DNA of 64,000 bases. It comes from Vicugna vicugna. Lineage: Eukaryota. Position numbers and translations under genes: made by a program. How positions within the stretch are numbered: position 1 is the stretch's first letter; every line of letters begins with the position of its first letter. The stretch is taken from contig MU059330.1 of the NCBI GenBank assembly GCA_013265495.1, positions 14,439,237 through 14,503,236 on the forward strand. The letters are read 5' to 3'. The notes below the pieces were generated by a model. It saw nothing but the letters and a program-made list of their open reading frames with translations. It had not been told where the DNA came from and searched no databases. Positions 11,492 through 24,729 of the stretch are shown piece by piece.

Positions 11492-12724
11492 GTGAGGGCA
11501 GGGCCGGGCCCTCTCGTCCTCCCCAGAGGAGGAAGCCCAGGACGGCAGGGCTGGGGGGAGCTCCGGCCTCACTCTGGCTGGGTCCCTCCTCCCCCAGGGT
11601 GGGCTTCCTTGCTGGCTGCTCACCTGGAGGTCTGGCTGCCCTCGGGGGACAGGGGAGGGGTGTGGCTCTGACCATGAAGAGGACCAGGTAGGCCAGGCTC
11701 CGAGGGGCCCCACAGGAGGTTCCGACAGGGGCTCCAAACACAGAGCAGGCGGAGCCAGGAAGCCTCGTGGACAGGGCGTGGGTCCCTGGGCAGAGTCAGC
11801 TGGATGGGCCAGGGCCAGGGCCTGGCCTACAGCAAGGGTCACCCAGGGGGACGAGAGGCCCCAGGTATCTTCCTTCTGAGCCGGTGGGGTGTGCACCTGC
11901 CCCTGGACAGCATTCACAGCTGAGCCCCCACGTAAAGACAGGAAAGAGTGAGGAACCAACTAGATTTCAGGTGAGCAAGAGACTTTGTTCAGCACTGAGG
12001 CGCTCAGGGCGAGGGGCAGACAGACTGGAAGAAGGCGTCTTAGAGCTCCTTCTGGGTGCTGCTGCCCGGAGTTTACGTTTTCGATGAACAGACCATTCTC
12101 TGTGTCTTTGTGCAGGAGACGTGTTCGGGTCTAATAGCGAAGCCCAAGGCCCTTGCGGGTGTGTGGTCCCCAGGCACAAAGTGGCCCAGTTCCCGAGCGC
12201 TGAGGTCAGCACACCGGCTTCTGCGCCTGTGGGCCTGTGCCCTCCCCACAGGGTGGCCCGCACGCCCACCACGTGGCCACGTGCGGATTCTGTTCACCAG
12301 TCCCGGCTCCAGGCTGAGGGCCACAGGGCTCATCTGCCATGATTCCAGAGCTCGGTGGGCCCAGCGACTGGTGGCCAGGAGGGAGCCCCACAGGGGCTGG
12401 GCCGGGTTGAGCTGAACGCGGTCCTGCTTGGACGGTCACACTGTCTCTGAGCCTCAGTTTCCCTGCTGTGAACTGGGTGGTCACCCTCCTCCAGCCTCCT
12501 GTGGACTGAGTGAGAGGTCACGTGCAAACTGCGCGGCAGGCGGGGCCGCGCGGCTCAAGGGTCGGGGGGGTCACCTCTAGAGCTGAAGAGAAAAGCCTAG
12601 AGGAAAGAGTGAGGGGAGGAAGATCTGAGGGTCAGGCGTGGGCTTGGTGGGGCCGCCGGCCGCATCCATGCGCATGCCAGCTGGCCGTCTCCCGGCGCTG
12701 AGCCCGGCTCTGCCTCTCCTGCAG

Positions 12725-12849
12725 GTTCTTCTTCAGCTCCGTGGCCTCGGCCTTCGTGGGCATGCTCTGTGTAGCGGGCATCTTGCTGTACATCTTCATC
12801 CAGTACGTAGTCAACCCGGTGGAGCTGCGCGCGGACCAACACTACCGAA
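12725..12849 (+). CDS. ZDHHC11: ZDHHC11 exon 4 (FFFSSVASAFVGMLCVAGILLYIFIQY...), TM3
   Basis: ctgcag acceptor, gtacgt donor, 125 nt, hydrophobic helix continuing NYW/FFF. Confidence 0.94.
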
Positions 12850-13349
12850 GTACGTGCTCCTGTAGCCCCGCCACCTTCCCAGTGAAATCTTCCTCCCAGG
12901 GGAGGTCAGCCTGGCTTGCCCCAGGCTGGGTGAGTAGGTGGGGTGGGCACTGCAGCCTGGTGCCCCCACCCCGGCCAAGGGCAGCAAGCCAGGATCCACC
13001 CTCCAGCCCAGCAGGTTCCCAAGCCCCCAGGGGGCAAGTTTGGGACCCAAGGACACTGGTGTGGTGGCTCCAGGCTGTGCTTCCAGTAGCATCAGGCACC
13101 CAGAGTGGGGTCTGCACCCCATGACCGCCATGGAGGGAGGCGGGGCCTGCAAGCTCTGAGGAGCTCAATGCAGCTCCCAGCCCTGTGTGACGGGCCACCC
13201 GCCCTGAGCCGGCCGTCACCTGGGCGGGGAGGCACTCCCTAGGCTGGCATTCCCTCCCCCACTGCCAAGTTCTGTCGCAGGTGCCACCTGGGGAGTGGGG
13301 CTGTGGGTCAGCAGGTGCTGGAGGCGCGACCACCCTGTGTCCCCATCAG

Positions 13350-13505
13350 GCATCTCCAACGAGCACACGTGGGTGCTGTTCCTCCCACTGTTCCCGACAA
13401 GGACGAAGACGCCAGTGGTGCTGACCTTAGGGGCGTCCGTGCTGCTGCTGAACGCTGCCAACCTCCTGCTGCTGGGGCATCTGCTCTTCTTCCACCTCTA
13501 CCTGA
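13350..13505 (+). CDS. ZDHHC11: ZDHHC11 exon 5 (ISNEHTWVLFLPLFP...GHLLFFHLYL), TM4
   Basis: TWxLFLPLFP and LLxFHxYL family motifs; catcag acceptor, gtacgc donor; 156 nt. Confidence 0.94.
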
Positions 13506-15094
13506 GTACGCGCCCCCGTGCGCCCACCCCTACAGGCCTTTCCCGTCGTGCTCACGCGTGTCCCGGGGCAGGCAGTCCCTCGGTCAGTCTCCACCAGAAG
13601 CCAGCTCAAAGCACAAAGGACAAATTACAGGAAGAGGAGAGACCCCGAGAGGGGCAGCAGGGCTAACCTGGTCCGAGGAGACCTGAAAGGTGGTCGAGCG
13701 AGATGTTATCCACTAACCGAGCTGCTGAGGGGAGGGCAGTTTCCTAGCATCCCTGCGGCGCTGCGTGTGGCAGGACCTCCCCCCGCCCTGGGAAGCGGTC
13801 CCTGGAAGAGAGGCTCGCAGGAGAGGGGCGGGGGCCCACTGTGACCGTGGGAGCCGGGCCGGCCGCACGCCCCCGGCTGAGCCAGAGAAGGGCACAGCAC
13901 CAGCACTGGGCGCCCCAGGCTGCAGGCCAGGCTCTCCTCACTGCGCAGCTGGCAGGGGCGATAGGCAGTTTGCGGACAGAATCCCCGAGCACCAGAGGCT
14001 GGGGCAGCCACTGGGGACGACATGGGGAGTCGGCAAGGATGAGAGGGGAGCCCGGAGAACCAAATCCTCCGGACTCAGTGCCGCTGGAGATGGAGGGACA
14101 GGAACCTCCAAGAGGGCAGGTGTGCGCCCTCACTGATTGAGGGGCCCAGGAGGCCCTCCGGACGGGATACACTGTGTTCAGGACTGAAGGGGCGATTTTA
14201 GGGTCTTTGAACATCAAAGAGTAGATTTGCAGGAGAAAGTCGGGCTGTTAGTTATGGTCAGTTATAGTTAAATTACCCTAAAAGGCAGCTCCTTTAAAAC
14301 ACGCATCCATGACCCTCAGTTTCTGTGGTCTGGAGTCCAGCAGAGCTTAGCTGTCCCCCAGCCCTGGGTCTGACCCGAGGCCTCGGTCAGGATGACCCTT
14401 CCTGCTCACCCCTGGCTGCTGGCCAGGCTAGCTCCCCAGGAGCTGTTGGCCAGTGGCCTCCCTTGTCCTGTGTGTGGACACCCCACGCCGGAGTGGCTCA
14501 GGCCAGGGCACGGCGAGAAAAGAGCACGGCGGGGCCAGGACCACGTGGATGGGAGCACCCCGAGGCAGGGCTGCTGAGACAGCAGTGGGGTCAGACTGTG
14601 ACGCTTGGCAAGGGACGTTGTGACAAGTCCTCAGCACTGAGTGTGCGTGAGACCCTTGGTGAGGACGCAGAGAGAGCTGGCGATGGTCGGAGGAAACCCC
14701 GAATCACGGGACGAACAGGAGAGAAAACGCCTTGAAGGGTGTGGGGGGAGTCAGGGACCCCCAGCTGCCAGCTGCCTGGGCACCTGCCACCTGGGAAGAC
14801 CAGGCGACTTTCACTCAGTGTCCCCGGCCCGTGGGGTGCTGAGTTCTGTGTCCGCAAATCATTTCTGACTCCCATCGGGTTACGAAGTGTTACAGGAAAC
14901 TCGCTCGGAAGAGGGTGAGCTCTGGGCGTGCTGACACATGATTCTGATGGCATTTGTGCAAACTTGGGCAAAAGAGTGAACAAATGTCCACTCGTCACTG
15001 GAATATAAACAAGTGTGAGTTTACATCCTCAAACAGGGACTGACAGGGACGGAAGACTGGGGCGGGGGAGGCATCAAGAGAGAGGAGTCAAGCC

Positions 15095-15121
15095 AAACAA
15101 AACCAAAACCAAAACCAAAAC
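15095..15121. repeat. (AAAACC)n hexamer repeat
   Basis: aaacaaaaccaaaaccaaaaccaaaac. Confidence 0.85.
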
Positions 15122-15629
15122 AGAACAAAGCCTTGCGGAAGCCCCGGGGGAGGGGGGGCGGCCGAGCGGGCTCCGAGCCCAGCGCGCGCCCGGTGGGGCG
15201 GCAGCCTCCGTGGTCCGCGGGCTGTGGGGGCCGCAGCCCCGCTGCTCCTCCGGCTGCAAGAAGGCTTCTGTGGGCAGCCCCTTCGCTTCCCAGGAATAAT
15301 TGGAAACCATCTGTTCTCACGTCTGTCAGTTTTTAGAGAAAGAGAGATGGAAAATTTGGCCCCTCTGTGAAGGCACGGGGCTGAAGCAGGCCCAGAACCC
15401 TTTCTAGCACCAGGGTTTCTACTGACAGATGTGTTTGACGTTCACTGTTAGTGACCTGAGCACTTCTGCCCTGGCCAGAGCCAGCCGGGCACAGCACTCA
15501 CCACATGTGCACGGTGTGGGTAGCGGGTGCAGGGGACTCTCCCCAGCGGGGCTGAGCGGGGCCCCGGCACAGATGGGCCAGCGTGCGTGGACGGATGGTC
15601 ACCCTGCCCTGCTGCTCTCTCCCTTCCAG

Positions 15630-15736
15630 TGAGCAAGAAGTTGAGCACATATGATTACGTGATCTGGGGCCGTCAACAGCGCAATTTGGCTGCATCGCAG
15701 ACAAGAGACAAGGCCTCACAGGTGGGATTGCTACAG
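15630..15736 (+). CDS. ZDHHC11: ZDHHC11 exon 6 (MSKKLSTYDYVIWGRQQ...GLLQ)
   Basis: Strong pyrimidine tract plus ttccag; KKLSTYDY sits at the TTxE position. The donor is either cag|gtacca (end 15736) or the in-frame cag|gtggga (end 15721). Confidence 0.88.
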
Positions 15737-16039
15737 GTACCACCATCTGTCCTTCCCCACCCGGGCTCACGCGGGCAGGAGGCCCAGGTCACCTGGCAGC
15801 CAGCACCTCTTCACCGCAGTGCTTGTTCCTGTGTCGGCTTGTGCACGTGTATGTGCCTGTGTGTGTGCGTGTGTGGTGTGTATGCCTGTGTGTTTGGCGT
15901 CTCGTGTGCACGTGTGTGTTGTCATTTCCACACTCACTCACCACAGGATCAAAGCACAGGGCTCACCTCTTGCAGGCCCCCCATTTCTGCAGCTGATCTG
16001 CATCAAAATGAAAAGCATTTACTCTTCAAAGGTCACCAC

Positions 16040-16440
16040 TAAGAAAGTGACAATATAAGCCAGAGACAGAAATTATTTGCAAGTCATATACTTGCATCCG
16101 GAATATGTATACAACTTTCAAAACTAAGTCACAAGAAAAATGGCCAGTTTTTTTAAAAAGGGCAAAAGACTTGAACAAGCCGTTCACCCAGGAGGATCTG
16201 TGGGTGGCAGATAAGGTCAGGAAAAGACAGTCAACATCATTCAATGCTAAGGAAACAAATTAAAAGGGCAATGAGACACCACCACACACCCATCAGCGTG
16301 GCCGGAACCAGAGACCCACATTGCTGGTGGGGATGTAAAATTGCCCCGCTCTGCACAGAAGTTTGGCATTTTCTAAAAAGGGGAATTCAAATTTCTCATG
16401 TGACCCAGCCAGCCCGCTCCCTGTTCCTATCAAAGTGAAG
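16040..16440 (+). mobile_element. Old L1 ORF2 3' fragment
   Basis: aagggcaaaagacttgaac...aatgagacaccac...tgctggtggggatgtaaaa are typical L1 ORF2 C-terminal motifs. Confidence 0.8.
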
Positions 16441-16624
16441 ACACGTCTGCATGTTACAGGGGTTGAGAGGAGAGCTGCCTGCGGTGAGATCCTGTTCCAG
16501 GACCCAGGAGAGTCTGAGGTTCCATTGCTCAAAATCAACTAAAATTAACTTGAATTTTGAATAAGAAGAAGCTCAGTGTCTACCACTTGTTTTTCACTGT
16601 ATGAATTTCCATTTATTCCCACAG

Positions 16625-16659
16625 AAGGCACATAACAGCCTGAGTTCATCTGTACGTGG
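16625..16659 (+). CDS. ZDHHC11: ZDHHC11 exon 7, 35-nt module exon A (KAHNSLSSSVRG)
   Basis: tttattcccacag acceptor, GG|gtaagt donor, 35 nt, phase 0 to 2. Resembles the human 35-nt exon ending LGSSAQG (recalled). Confidence 0.85.
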
Positions 16660-16747
16660 GTAAGTCATAATCATACTAGTTTTGTGTCTGAAAAATAGCT
16701 ATTTCTCTTCTTAACTGGCTTGCTTTAAATTTTGTTGTTATTGTTAA

Positions 16748-16819
16748 TGGAAGTACTGGGGGTTGAACTAGGGCCTCATGCACACGAAGCACGTGCTTTG
16801 CCACTGAGCTGTATACCCC
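16748..16819 (-). mobile_element. tRNA-derived SINE (camelid vic-1-like)
   Basis: Reverse complement ggggtatacagctcagtggcaaagcac...agttcaacccccagtacttcca carries Pol III A and B boxes. Confidence 0.85.
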
Positions 16820-19501
16820 TCCCACCCCTTAGCTGGCTTGCCTTAGAAAGTCTTTCTTGCTCCAAGGACTACCCTCCACATTCTTTGCTAGTATTTTCAT
16901 AATTTTTATTTGCTTTCTCTACATTTTGGCTTTCAAGTCATCTTGAACTTAATTTCGTATTCACTGAGATAGGGGCCAAGGGGTTATATTACAGCATGAC
17001 TATTGGTTGCACCTCATTGAAGAAATGAAACCCCTGTTCTCATCAAACTGCAAGGCCCTCTTTCTGATACCCCGAGTTTCCGTGGGCTCTGGGCTCAGAC
17101 CCGCTGTGGACGTGTGGGTCTGCCCCGCTGCCGCGGGTCCTGCGGGAACGCCCTGGTGCTCCGGCGGGACTTCTTTTAGCTGCCTCTTTTTATCTAGCAG
17201 TTGAGAGCCCCCTTAAGACTTTTGTTTTTCATTACATTTGACAAAGCTTTCACATGTTTGTTTTATCATATAAGCTTGAAAGTCATTTTGCGCAGTTTCA
17301 AGAAACCTGGAATTTGAGCTGGAGTTACATCAGGTGCTCAACTTTATGAGGTGGAGGGGGTGGCGTCAGCCTGCCTCCCCACCTCCACAGCTCAGCATCC
17401 TGCAGAGAACCAGCCGGGAAGTCAGTCTCCCGGTGACGGTGACGGGCGGGGCCGAAAGTGCGGGCGCACCTTCCCCACTGTGCTTGGAGCTCCAGCCATC
17501 CTGGCGGGGAAGATGGGCCAGGGTCCGGGGGCTTCACTCCTCCCCACCCTGCAGCCCAATGGGCAAAAAGACTTTGTGAGTCAGAAAAGGGAGAAGTCCC
17601 CATTAGTCCAGTTTCTGAAAAGCTGAGTTACTGCAGATCTTTGCTGAGTTTAATGATCCAGGAGAACAGTTGAGTATGGAAAGACCATTCCCTTTCAATT
17701 AACCCGCTGGTTTTTCCTTCTAAACTTGTTAGAAACCTGACTGGCACTAGCACCATGAACACCTAAGTCATTTTGAATTTCACTTTCAAGTCTCGTTAAC
17801 TGTGGTTCTTTCAATAAAATCTAAGAACATTTTTCATTTACCCCTTTCTGGCAAGAATGATAGAAAACTAACTGGAACCAGGGTGGTAACTTACACTCTA
17901 AAACCCAACCTAAACAAAACCAAAACCTTTTTTTTTTCAGATTAAGTCTAATCAATGCGCGCTCATTATAGACAATTTGGAAACTGCAGAACTTCCCAGT
18001 GTGGAAATGCGTACCCCTAACTGCTCCCCGCCCACCAGCAGCCATTGTGGGCGTTTTGATTAGTATCTTTCAAGTCTCCCTTTTAAATATTTTTCTGTGC
18101 ATTATATGCACAATGTTTTGTTTTATAAAATTATGATCATACTGTAGAACTCTTTAGAAGCCTTTAAAAAGAACTCCATATATTGTGAACCTTGTTTAAA
18201 GAAAAAACAAGATTTTTATGAATGTAAATTACTCCGTCTTTGGGAAGTACCACATTCCTCATTTGGGGAATATTATTTCTTATTATCAACCCGGCCTTTT
18301 GCAACAGGGAAATGAGTGAACCTTACTTACCGAGAGGATTAGCTATGTGAGGAGTGTGGCTCAGCACCGCGCGCGTCTGCAAGCCCTCCAGACCCCGCAG
18401 GCACTGAAACGCCAGTGGCCCTTCTTGTCGCAGAAATGTCTCTGTGGTGACCTGAGAGTCAGGCTGGTGGCCAACCTACAGGGGCTCACAGCCGGATTTG
18501 GGGGGAAGTTTGCCGTGCACGTCAGAACTCAGGCCTAGAGACGTGGGAATACGTTTAAATCGTGGTGCTGGGCTAATACCAGAAAGAAAACTCACGCGGT
18601 GGAGTAAGATGGCGTGTTTCAGTGGAATCTCCGTGGAGAACTTTGCCAAATGGGTCTCTGGTAGCTGGTGTCACACTGACTGAGTGGCAGCACTTCTGGG
18701 CTGTTCGCCTGCCGGGGCAGCGTGAACACAGCCGACTGCAGTAGCTGACCAGACAGGATGGAAATGAAAGGGAGTCTCTTTGTGTCCAGTTTAGAGGGGT
18801 CCCCTTCAGCTAGCGTCCAGACATAGCGAAGTCCACCGATTTAGAGGCTTAAAACAAGACTCACTACCGTATGGTCCCCAAGGGTCACAGGCTGGTGAGC
18901 CCGATGGGGCCTCTGGTCAGTGCTCCTCAGGACAGCAGTCAGGGTTCACAGGGCAGCATTCTTTTCTGCAGATTTAAGGGAAGAGTCTGCTTCCAGGCTG
19001 ACTTGGAGCGTGGACAGTCTATTATGTCCTCCTACGGCCACGCTGCCCCTCAGTCCCCAAGTCGGTGACAGCGGGTCAAGTCCTCCTCATGCCTGAGGCG
19101 CCTCTGACTTCCTCCTCCTCCTTCAGAGTCTCCTACCTGGAAACAGAGGACAGTCCTAGAGCCTCTGCAGGAAGTTGGCACAGGCCCCCAGGGATGCTGT
19201 GGCCCTGGGGCATGTCCCCGCGCGTTTGTACAGGAGCCGGGCGGCGCTGTACCCAAACTTGAGTGCGTGGCCCCGGGGGGCCCGGGAGCAGAGGGCCCCT
19301 CTGTGGCACCCCCTGGCAAGCAGTCACAGGGCTTTACACGTGCAGCCGACTCGGGCACACAAACAACTCCCAGGGCCGCTCCTCTGAGGCCCTGCAGATA
19401 AGGGGAAACCACAACCAGGGTGCCTGTGGGGTGCTTTCCAGCCAACCGAGCACCCCCCTCACTGACATCAGTCTTCCCTTCCTCATGCCCCACCCTCGCA
19501 G

Positions 19502-19595
19502 GGAGAAGAGCAAGTTGTTCCTGCCCTCATCCGGGCACCTGAAACAGTTCACCTCCCCGACCACAGAACTGGAGAACCACTCGCTGCCGCTGAAG
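19502..19595 (+). CDS. ZDHHC11: ZDHHC11 exon 8 (EKSKLFLPSSGHLKQFTSPTTELENHSLPLK)
   Basis: ctcgcag acceptor, AAG|gtaagc donor, phase 2 to 0. The KSxL...HLxxF pattern resembles the human tail exon (recalled). Confidence 0.82.
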
Positions 19596-20279
19596 GTAAG
19601 CCCAGGCCACCGGCGAGAGTCAGACCAGGGCCTCCAGGAGTGAGGACAGAGCAGCATTTGGAACTGCTTGTTGCACTGAATCAAAGCACGTGTGTGGTAC
19701 CCAGGGTGCTCCTCAGAGCTCCTCAAGTAGGGGCAGAGGGGGGTGGGGAAGAGAAGAGAGAGCGCGGGACAGAGCTGCTGTTAAGGGTGGGGCTCGTGCT
19801 GCGAGAGATGCAGGACGAAAACTGCTTCAGTGAAGGAAATGCACGTCCGCGTGCGCCAGCTTGGAAATGCACCAGAAAAGGATGGACGCGACAAGAATAC
19901 ACCGAAAAAGGCCAGCAGCGATAGAACCTAGGTGCTGAGTGTTTGGGTGTCCTGGACAATCCTTTCAACTTCGCTGGATGTTTGGAAATAAATGTTAGGA
20001 AGTAACACTGTGTAGGTGACAGACGTGGACGGGATTGCAGGCTCCGCGCGTGTCTGAGTGTGCCGTCCGGGTGTGCCACAGAGCGCCTTGTCTTCAGAGG
20101 CTTGTAAGGCCACCCACAGGCCAGGGGCCCCAGGGGCTTCTGAGGGTCATTTTCAAGTGGGGTTTGTGTCTGTGCTGATTTCTAAAGGTCACAGGCCACT
20201 CTGTTTTCTCTGTGGAAGAGTTGGAATAGACTTTGTCACCTAAGAAAAGGACTTACTGGTCTACTTAATTGACACAAAT

Positions 20280-22100
20280 GATCAGACTGAGAAGAAGAAA
20301 TGGGCAGCTTGAATGGACATATAACAGGTAAAGATACTGAACTGCTGATTTTAAATTCCCCACAAAGAAAATCCCAGACCCTCATGACTTTATTGGTGAA
20401 TTCTACCCGATATTTTAAGAAAAAAAATTATGCACAAACTCTCAGAAAATAGAGGAGGAAGAAACACTTCCCAACGCATTCTGTGAGGCCAGCACATAAT
20501 ACCAAGGCCGGACAATGTCACCAAAAGCAGATTAGCAGAAGCCAGTATCACCCATGGACATAGAGGCAAATACCATTAACAACACATTAGCGAACCAAAT
20601 GAGTCCCATATATGCAGGGTCGCACACCACGACTAGGAGAGGTCTGCTCCAGGAATGCAGGGTCGGCCTGACACCTGAAAATAAAGTACAATAAGCACAT
20701 GACATGTCAATCAGAAAGAGCATTTGTTAATAACACATTCATGATAAAAACAATTTCACAGCTGAGAGGGAGAAACACCCTCAGTCTGATCAAGAGACTG
20801 ACGGCACTGACAGTGAACACGTATTAGCTCCCATCAAACGCTTTCCCCTTGAGACTGGGGCCAAGGTAAGAATGTCCATTCCACACTTCTCTTGGACATT
20901 TTACTAAAGTTCCAGGTGGTGCAGTAGAGAGAGAATTCTAAATTAAAGGCATATAGATTTGAAAGTGAAACTGCACTTAACTACATGACCCTAACAAATC
21001 TGCAAAAGAGCTCGTAGAATTCAGGTTGCCTGGCCAGGTGGTGGGATACAAAATCAATATTAAAAACGGTCATACGTCTGTATACTAGCAATAAAAAATC
21101 TGAAAATGCTATTAAGAAAATTGTTTCATTCACAGTAGCATCAAAAATAATAAAATAACAAAAACAAGTACAGATCTGTATGTGTAAATCCAGGAGCTAC
21201 TGCAGGAGAAGTTAAACACCCTCCAGGTGAAAGGTTTACCGTGTTCATGGACTGGAGCACCCAGTATCATCATGACGGGAAGAACTTCCCCCGGCTGATC
21301 TACAGGCTGACCATGAATTCCCAGGAAGGTTGTCTCTTTAAGGAAAGAGCAAGTTGATCTCAAAATGTATACAGGAATTCAGAGGACTTGGAGTAGCAGG
21401 AATAATTTGGAAAAAGAACCAAACTGTAGGGCTTAACGCAGTCTGACTTCAAAATTCACTGTGAAGCTATAGTAGCCAAGACGGTACGGCGCCAGCGTAA
21501 GGACAGACACACAGACCAACGGACAGAATGGAAACTCCAGAAATAAAACCTTCACATTTCTGGCCAATGGACTTTAAACCAAGGTGCCAAGGCAATTCAA
21601 TGGGGAGAAATGTGAACATTTTCAGTAAATAGTGCTGGAATAACTGGATAACCGCATGCAAGATTAAAAAAAATGAACGTAATGCCCCGCTTCACAGCAC
21701 CCACACAAATAGCTCAAACTCACTCGCGAAGCTAACTTTAAGAGCTAAACTACAAGCTTTAGGAAGAGAACAGAGGAGAATCTTTGTGATCTCGAGTTAG
21801 GCCACGTTTTCTTTAATATGATACCAAGAGTACAAGTAAAGAAAAAAATGAAAAATTGGGCATTATCAAACTTAAAAACACTTGCTCTTTCAAAGTCACC
21901 ATTACAAAAATTAAAGCGTAAGTCACAGACTGGAATATGCACTTGTATCCAGAATACATAAGGACTTCTCAGACCCCAACGACCCGTTTTTTTTAACGAG
22001 CAAGAGCCTTGAACAAACTGCAGCAAACGGGTGTTTGGGGGGCAAATGAGCACGTGCCAAGGTGGGCAGCATCGCCAGGGTTGGGGGCGCCAGTTTATAG
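20280..22100 (+). mobile_element. Decayed L1 ORF2 (RT region to C-terminus)
   Basis: aaatcccagaccctcatgactttattggtgaattctac...aaaatagaggaggaagaaacacttcccaacgcattctgtgaggccagc corresponds to the KSPGPDGFTGEFY...EEGTLPNSFYEAS segment. Confidence 0.88.
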
Positions 22101-22437
22101 CCCTGGAAGGCACCACTGCCCGTGGACTAGAGGGGCCGAAGTGCAACAGACCCATGTGCCGAGCGCTGGTGAGTCAGAAGTCTGACTCCCGCCGCACAGC
22201 GAGCCGCGGTGGGCGGGGTCTAACACCCCGGTGCTCCCTCCGCGCGGCCCCGCCGTCCCACTGCCGGGTCCTCGCGAGCTCGGAACACGGCTGGGGAAAG
22301 GCACTGCCCCACCTCAGGAGTCCCTGCGGTGCCGTGACTTGAAATCAAATGACAATAGGTTTGAATTTTCTGAAAAATACCCTAAATAGCAACAGTTTCT
22401 CCTCTTACAATGTCTTCATTTTCATTCCCCCTCACAG

Positions 22438-22472
22438 GAAGCTGCCATCAGCAAGAGCTGGTCGGTGCAGGG
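22438..22472 (+). CDS. ZDHHC11: ZDHHC11 exon 9, 35-nt module exon B (EAAISKSWSVQG)
   Basis: ttttcattccccctcacag acceptor, GG|gtaagtca donor (same 8 nt as the exon 7 donor), exactly 35 nt, phase 0 to 2. Confidence 0.85.
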
Positions 22473-23057
22473 GTAAGTCAGGGCTTCCTCCAGGTGCTCT
22501 GTCTGAGGAACAGCCACATTCTCCTCTCAGCTCAGGTGACGGAACACTTTTAGGTGGCGTGAGAGCGCAACGGGAGACAGAGCTCTCACTTGCCATTACT
22601 AACACTGACAGGCGCTCCTGTAGCTCGTTCTCAACTTACCTCACTTACAAAACGACAGAGCCTCTCTCCCTCCACACAACTGACCGGAAGTCAGGCCATG
22701 CCCGTCGCCCTCTGCCAGTCAGAGAGCAGGGCCCGCTGGCTCTGAATGTCTTTCTATGACCTTTGATGACGTCTGGTCTCATCCAAGCTCTGAGGGTCAG
22801 GCCTACGCACCTTGTGTCAGTGTTGCGTATTAGCAAACGCTAAGTTAATGACCTCTCTGTCCCGGAACACTGCACACGCGCGCACGCAGTGCGCACGGCC
22901 TTTCCACCTTCAAAATCACAAAAGCAGAGAGTGGCCCACTATGAAGGCCAGCATCGCGGGGACGCGCACACTGTCTCCGCAGTGAGCCTGTGCACTCATC
23001 TCCTCGTCGGATGTGGAGAACAGGGAACATGCTCGGTGCTACGGTAGGAGCTTCCAT

Positions 23058-23430
23058 TCGCTAGGGCTGCCATGACAAAGCACCACAGGCAGGCGGTTTA
23101 AAAACAGAAGCGGGTTCTCCTGCTGTCTGGAGGGCAGAAGTCTGGAGTCCAGGTGTCAGCGAGGGGGTCCTCCTGATCATGTGGGGCCCGCTCCGAGCCC
23201 CTGTCCGTGGCTTGTAGTGGTGGTGGTCTCCGTGTCTCCCCACGTTGTTCTCCCTCCAAGCCTGTCTGTCTCTGGAGACAGACTCAGCCTTTTTATAAGG
23301 CTGCCATTGCTATTGGATTAGTACCCACCCTCACGACCTCATTTTAAGTTCATGGCTTCTGAAAGACCCACTCTCCAATTAAGGTCACGTTCCGAGGTCC
23401 TAGGAACTCGGGTTCCAATGCAGTTGTCCC
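23058..23430 (-). mobile_element. MLT1 solo LTR
   Basis: agggctgccatgacaaagcaccac...ttataagg...attggatta...gacctcattttaa...aaggtcacgttccgaggt. Confidence 0.85.
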
Positions 23431-23789
23431 ATGGTACCCTTGCGGGGTCTGTGCCAGAAGCCCCTGCATTCACCAAAACCCACAGATGTCCAAGTTGCAC
23501 AGTCAGTTCCCCATGTCTGCCGGTTCTGGATCTGAGGGCTCAACCAACCACAGATGGGAATTTCAAGCCAGGCTTGGGTGAGTCCTCATATGTGGAACCT
23601 GTGAACACGGAGGGTCCAAAATAAACCACACATAAGTGGGCCCACACAGCTCAAACCCATGTTGCTTTGCCCTCTTCCAACACATAAAATAGCTCACCCC
23701 ATCACAGCTTCCCCCAAGTCAGACACGACTGACTGGGACACAACGAGAATGTGCACCTTCAGGTGAGCAGTACTGGTCACGGCCTGGAG

Positions 23790-23990
23790 AGTGGCTCTGA
23801 GAGTAGATCTTGAAGTTCTCACCCCAAGGGAAGTAACTGCAGCTACCTGAGGTGAGGAGTGCTAGCTCGCTGTGCTGATCGCTCCGCAGCACATACAAAA
23901 CCGAATCGTGTCGTGTGCCTTAAACCTGCACGACGTGCCAAGTATTTCGCAGTAAAACCAGGGGCAAAGCTACTTTTATCAAATGCTTTT
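23790..23990 (+). mobile_element. L1 3' UTR remnant (L1M-type)
   Basis: gagagtagatcttgaagttctcacc...gtaact...tgaggtga...ccttaaa is a recognisable L1MA/MB 3' end pattern. Confidence 0.65.
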
Positions 23991-24729
23991 CACGAGTGTT
24001 TAGCTAATGGGTTTTTAAAAAGATAAAAAGAACGAGCTGCTTGCCTGCACCGTCCCGTGTGCACAACGCCCCTCTCCAGCCCTCAGATGACACCCTCCAG
24101 GCCCTCCCTGCCTTCCCATCGCGCTGCAGGGGCACTGACTGCCTAGCCGTGTGGGAGAGGCCATGCGGGGTCCCCGCGGGGTGCTCACCCCCACCCTGCA
24201 CGGCACAGCCCTGACCCCTACTCTGGACGCTGCTGCTGCTCCCCTGGCCCAGGCCCCCAGAGGTTACAAACTCTGCTGACAGGGTCCGATGGCCACATGG
24301 GACCACTCAGAGACGGGGAGGGCCATGGGGGCCACATTTAGACGGTAGGAGGTGGTCTTTAATACCAATAGTACCTAACTGCATCTTAAAAATTAAACCC
24401 GTGGCATACACTCAGGTGTGACTTCAACGGCAGGGGAGTGGGTGAAACACCCCCCCGACGCCCCCAGTGCCAGCTCAGGGGGAAGCTCTGTGCAGCTGCC
24501 GCTTTCTGCCACGCGCACAGGCCCCACGAGAAGCCCGGGTGGTGCCGCGCACGCCAGCCTGCAGCCTCCTACTTTATCCGTCCCCCCCAGAATATCGTGG
24601 GCAACTTTTATGACACCCCACACAGGTGCCACTCCTCGTGCCCAGGGACATGGTGCCGGTGCGTGGGTTAGTCAGCCGTGCCCCCGGGTGAGACAGACCC
24701 CGACCACCCTGGGCCTCCGTGGATAACTC

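Noticed and set aside
16460-16483. 24-nt in-frame microexon candidate (ttacag|GGGTTG...GCG|gtgaga)
   Set aside because: Weak pyrimidine tract, lies at the end of an L1 remnant and only 141 nt from the well-supported exon 7; not needed for the frame.
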